A DNA stretch of 64,000 bases, taken from assembly GCA_963764165.1 (NCBI GenBank), contig CAVXRD010000001.1:352001-416000 (forward strand), read 5' to 3'. The stretch is from an uncultured Verrucomicrobiae bacterium. GTDB taxonomy: Bacteria > Verrucomicrobiota > Verrucomicrobiia > Limisphaerales > Palsa-1400. The notes below the pieces were generated by a model that was not told the origin of the DNA, made no database searches, and worked only from the letters and a program-made list of their open reading frames with translations. The position numbers and the translations under genes were made by a program. Numbering within the stretch: position 1 is the first letter of the stretch; every line of letters begins with the position of its first letter. Shown in pieces: positions 63,301 to 64,000 of the stretch.

Positions 63301-63872
63301 GGGCATGGCTCAATGCCGGAGTGGCGGGTGTCGCAGGCACGAACCTGCTGGGGACTTTGAATATCGTCCTGCCGTCAACCGTTTCAGCCAATTCCGCTTA
63401 TCTGGTGGAGATCGACACCTTCTCGGCTTCGCCGAACGGATTCTCGCTCTTCAAGAGTTCGACGCAGAATGGTTTGATCACCGTCAGCAATCGCAATGGC
63501 TCCAGTTGGAATGATGGCATTCCCGATTGGTGGCGCCTGCTCTATTTCGGCACCGTCTCCAACGCCATGTCCGCCGCCAGCCTGGACCCAGACCGCGATG
63601 GCGCGAATAACTGGCAGGAATACGTCGCGGGCACGGATCCCTTGGATTCAACTTCAATCTTCAAGTTCGCGGCTTCGTCGGATCCGGTGGCGGGCGCATT
63701 CACACTGCAATGGCCTTCCGTCGTCAACAAGTCCTATAGTTTGCAGTCGGCGTTGTCGCCGGGACACGGATGGTCTGTCATTGCCACCAACCTGATCGGC
63801 AACGGCCAGGTCATGCAATGGACAGACACCAACGCCGCCGCCACCCGCTTCTACCGCGCAACAGTCCAGTAA
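60351..63872 (+). CDS. Paralogous large secreted protein: NHL propeller, YTLDG Ig-like unit, cohesin-like / dockerin-like / cohesin-like modules, C-terminal DGIPDWW/NWQEY module
   Basis: Signal peptide; many NHL repeats; HLVGD...GDGALLNDDV...GDGYIDISDV; ends FYRATVQ. Confidence 0.8.
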   Translation: MSNSVPSLSVSARVAMGIVAAALCTGTVRAQYVGTLVTNLSSPAGVAVDSSNNVYITEPGNYTVAVYVPNAGTLTTLAGSPGNFGADPGTGPAATFFIPQGIVVARGGLVVVDQGSQLIRFVTYSGTVSDIAGQAFVSGFANGNGTSATFSYPTGIAADAAGDLYVADSQNNAIREIDLNNNVTTLATGGYIFDRPNAVAVDPNNNVWVADSGHNNIVLISNGVAKVIAGSVSAAAGTNDSLVALNARFRNPSGLYWNTNTGALMISDTGNDTVRSLIVTNYNGATGYGVVTTAGLASVPGFQDGALTVAEFNQPLGIAPDVTDFGVYVVDSANNAVRVLQPTKPEAPITPPVFGYVSFPANADPPGSSVFVASSSAIFNNLTNITIEAQQGTETYLTYGPTGSSIPAPGPGSPTPAIYPGDGNMPSAISSIISPNPGTNDITLYAISVQSGRQPSAISTARFQFLTANPNIIGNNAADIQLTDITSGAALYYTLDGSVPTNNGTSLGPVSSGSILSLTITSNVELQVRAFTPGLATSQIVSNLLSISNVAGNQISWGFASGLGSSHLITAENLTFSAPITFSQIPTSLTVYSFQFDAVLTNAPGYANAAPQLDRSNFITYLLQPDPTPPTFAWIPPGIVDVEGGTITSGVSATQPSALEIAWVTPPPVTNLYTSQSLLQYSGVDETLFALATNGALVGALQFVIPSNATPGTPYLLQEEFPSASSFIQPDCCGMPIDVLVQATTNGALTGTSPNAMKLVTVLTNNSPASAHLVGDVFPYGWYNIGDFGDGALLNDDVIQTMEGAIKFGNTPYPANFPLYDAMDSSDGSINTFYGDPDSAINIITNGDGYIDISDVYVTLRRSLDPTLTNYIRTWTGSNWYATVYTNTVQLGAKTSPHKLLTGGPRYVAIGADRVNTYGSLGAEVPVRVLAADPVYPIRVMLLNVEILPLDGSPALTTGLSFSTGTNLGSAYTTLSKAINNYAGAWLNAGVAGVAGTNLLGTLNIVLPSTVSANSAYLVEIDTFSASPNGFSLFKSSTQNGLITVSNRNGSSWNDGIPDWWRLLYFGTVSNAMSAASLDPDRDGANNWQEYVAGTDPLDSTSIFKFAASSDPVAGAFTLQWPSVVNKSYSLQSALSPGHGWSVIATNLIGNGQVMQWTDTNAAATRFYRATVQ

Positions 63873-63883
63873 AAATTTGGCTG

Positions 63884-63904
63884 GGGGCCTCGCCCGGCCC
63901 CTTT
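63884..63904 (+). terminator. Possible intrinsic terminator
   Basis: ggggcc-tcgccc-ggcccc followed by a short T run. Confidence 0.35.
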
Positions 63905-64000
63905 CGAAACTTTTCGAGGATTTTATTCCGCACCCTTTGCCAGTTGCGAGGTATTCCCCTACAGGAAGAATAGTAAATTCCCTAATGATGCGGTTTCTAT

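Overview
A GC-rich bacterial chromosomal window. The gene content points to a Verrucomicrobiota (Pedosphaera/Limisphaerales-like) genome; this is an inference from prepilin/H-X9-DG proteins, a TIGR03067-type protein and 'DGxxNWQEYVAGTxP...FY' C-terminal modules. Housekeeping genes (ligA, aspS, tsaD, galE, ftsK, bcp, a Dus-family gene and an MnmC-type methyltransferase) are mixed with transporters (an Mla/Pqi-like MCE operon, an ABC-2 exporter, two MFS, DMT, NCS2, an OprB porin) and secreted proteins (serpin, clan GH-A-like hydrolase, esterase, PQQ-propeller). The window ends in a pilN-O-P-secretin operon followed by two paralogous giant surface proteins with an apparent cohesin-dockerin-cohesin core. 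The accessory layer is dense: a 5'-truncated putative Rep-like (YDK...RIE) transposase, two intact and two or three decayed toxin-antitoxin modules, three REP-like repeat families, a CTAG-flanked structured MITE at the ftsK stop, and a dispersed ~115-bp element with a fixed-distance ATG and downstream 10-bp tandem arrays. Other points of interest are an orphan bufferin(BufA2)-like Cys-rich peptide in a three-gene unit with an H-box-only protein and a gluzincin, and several apparently leaderless promoters. Two single-base insertions (~6741, ~30613) may be sequencing errors. No rRNA, tRNA or CRISPR array was seen. All family assignments are by eye from motifs; no database searches were run.
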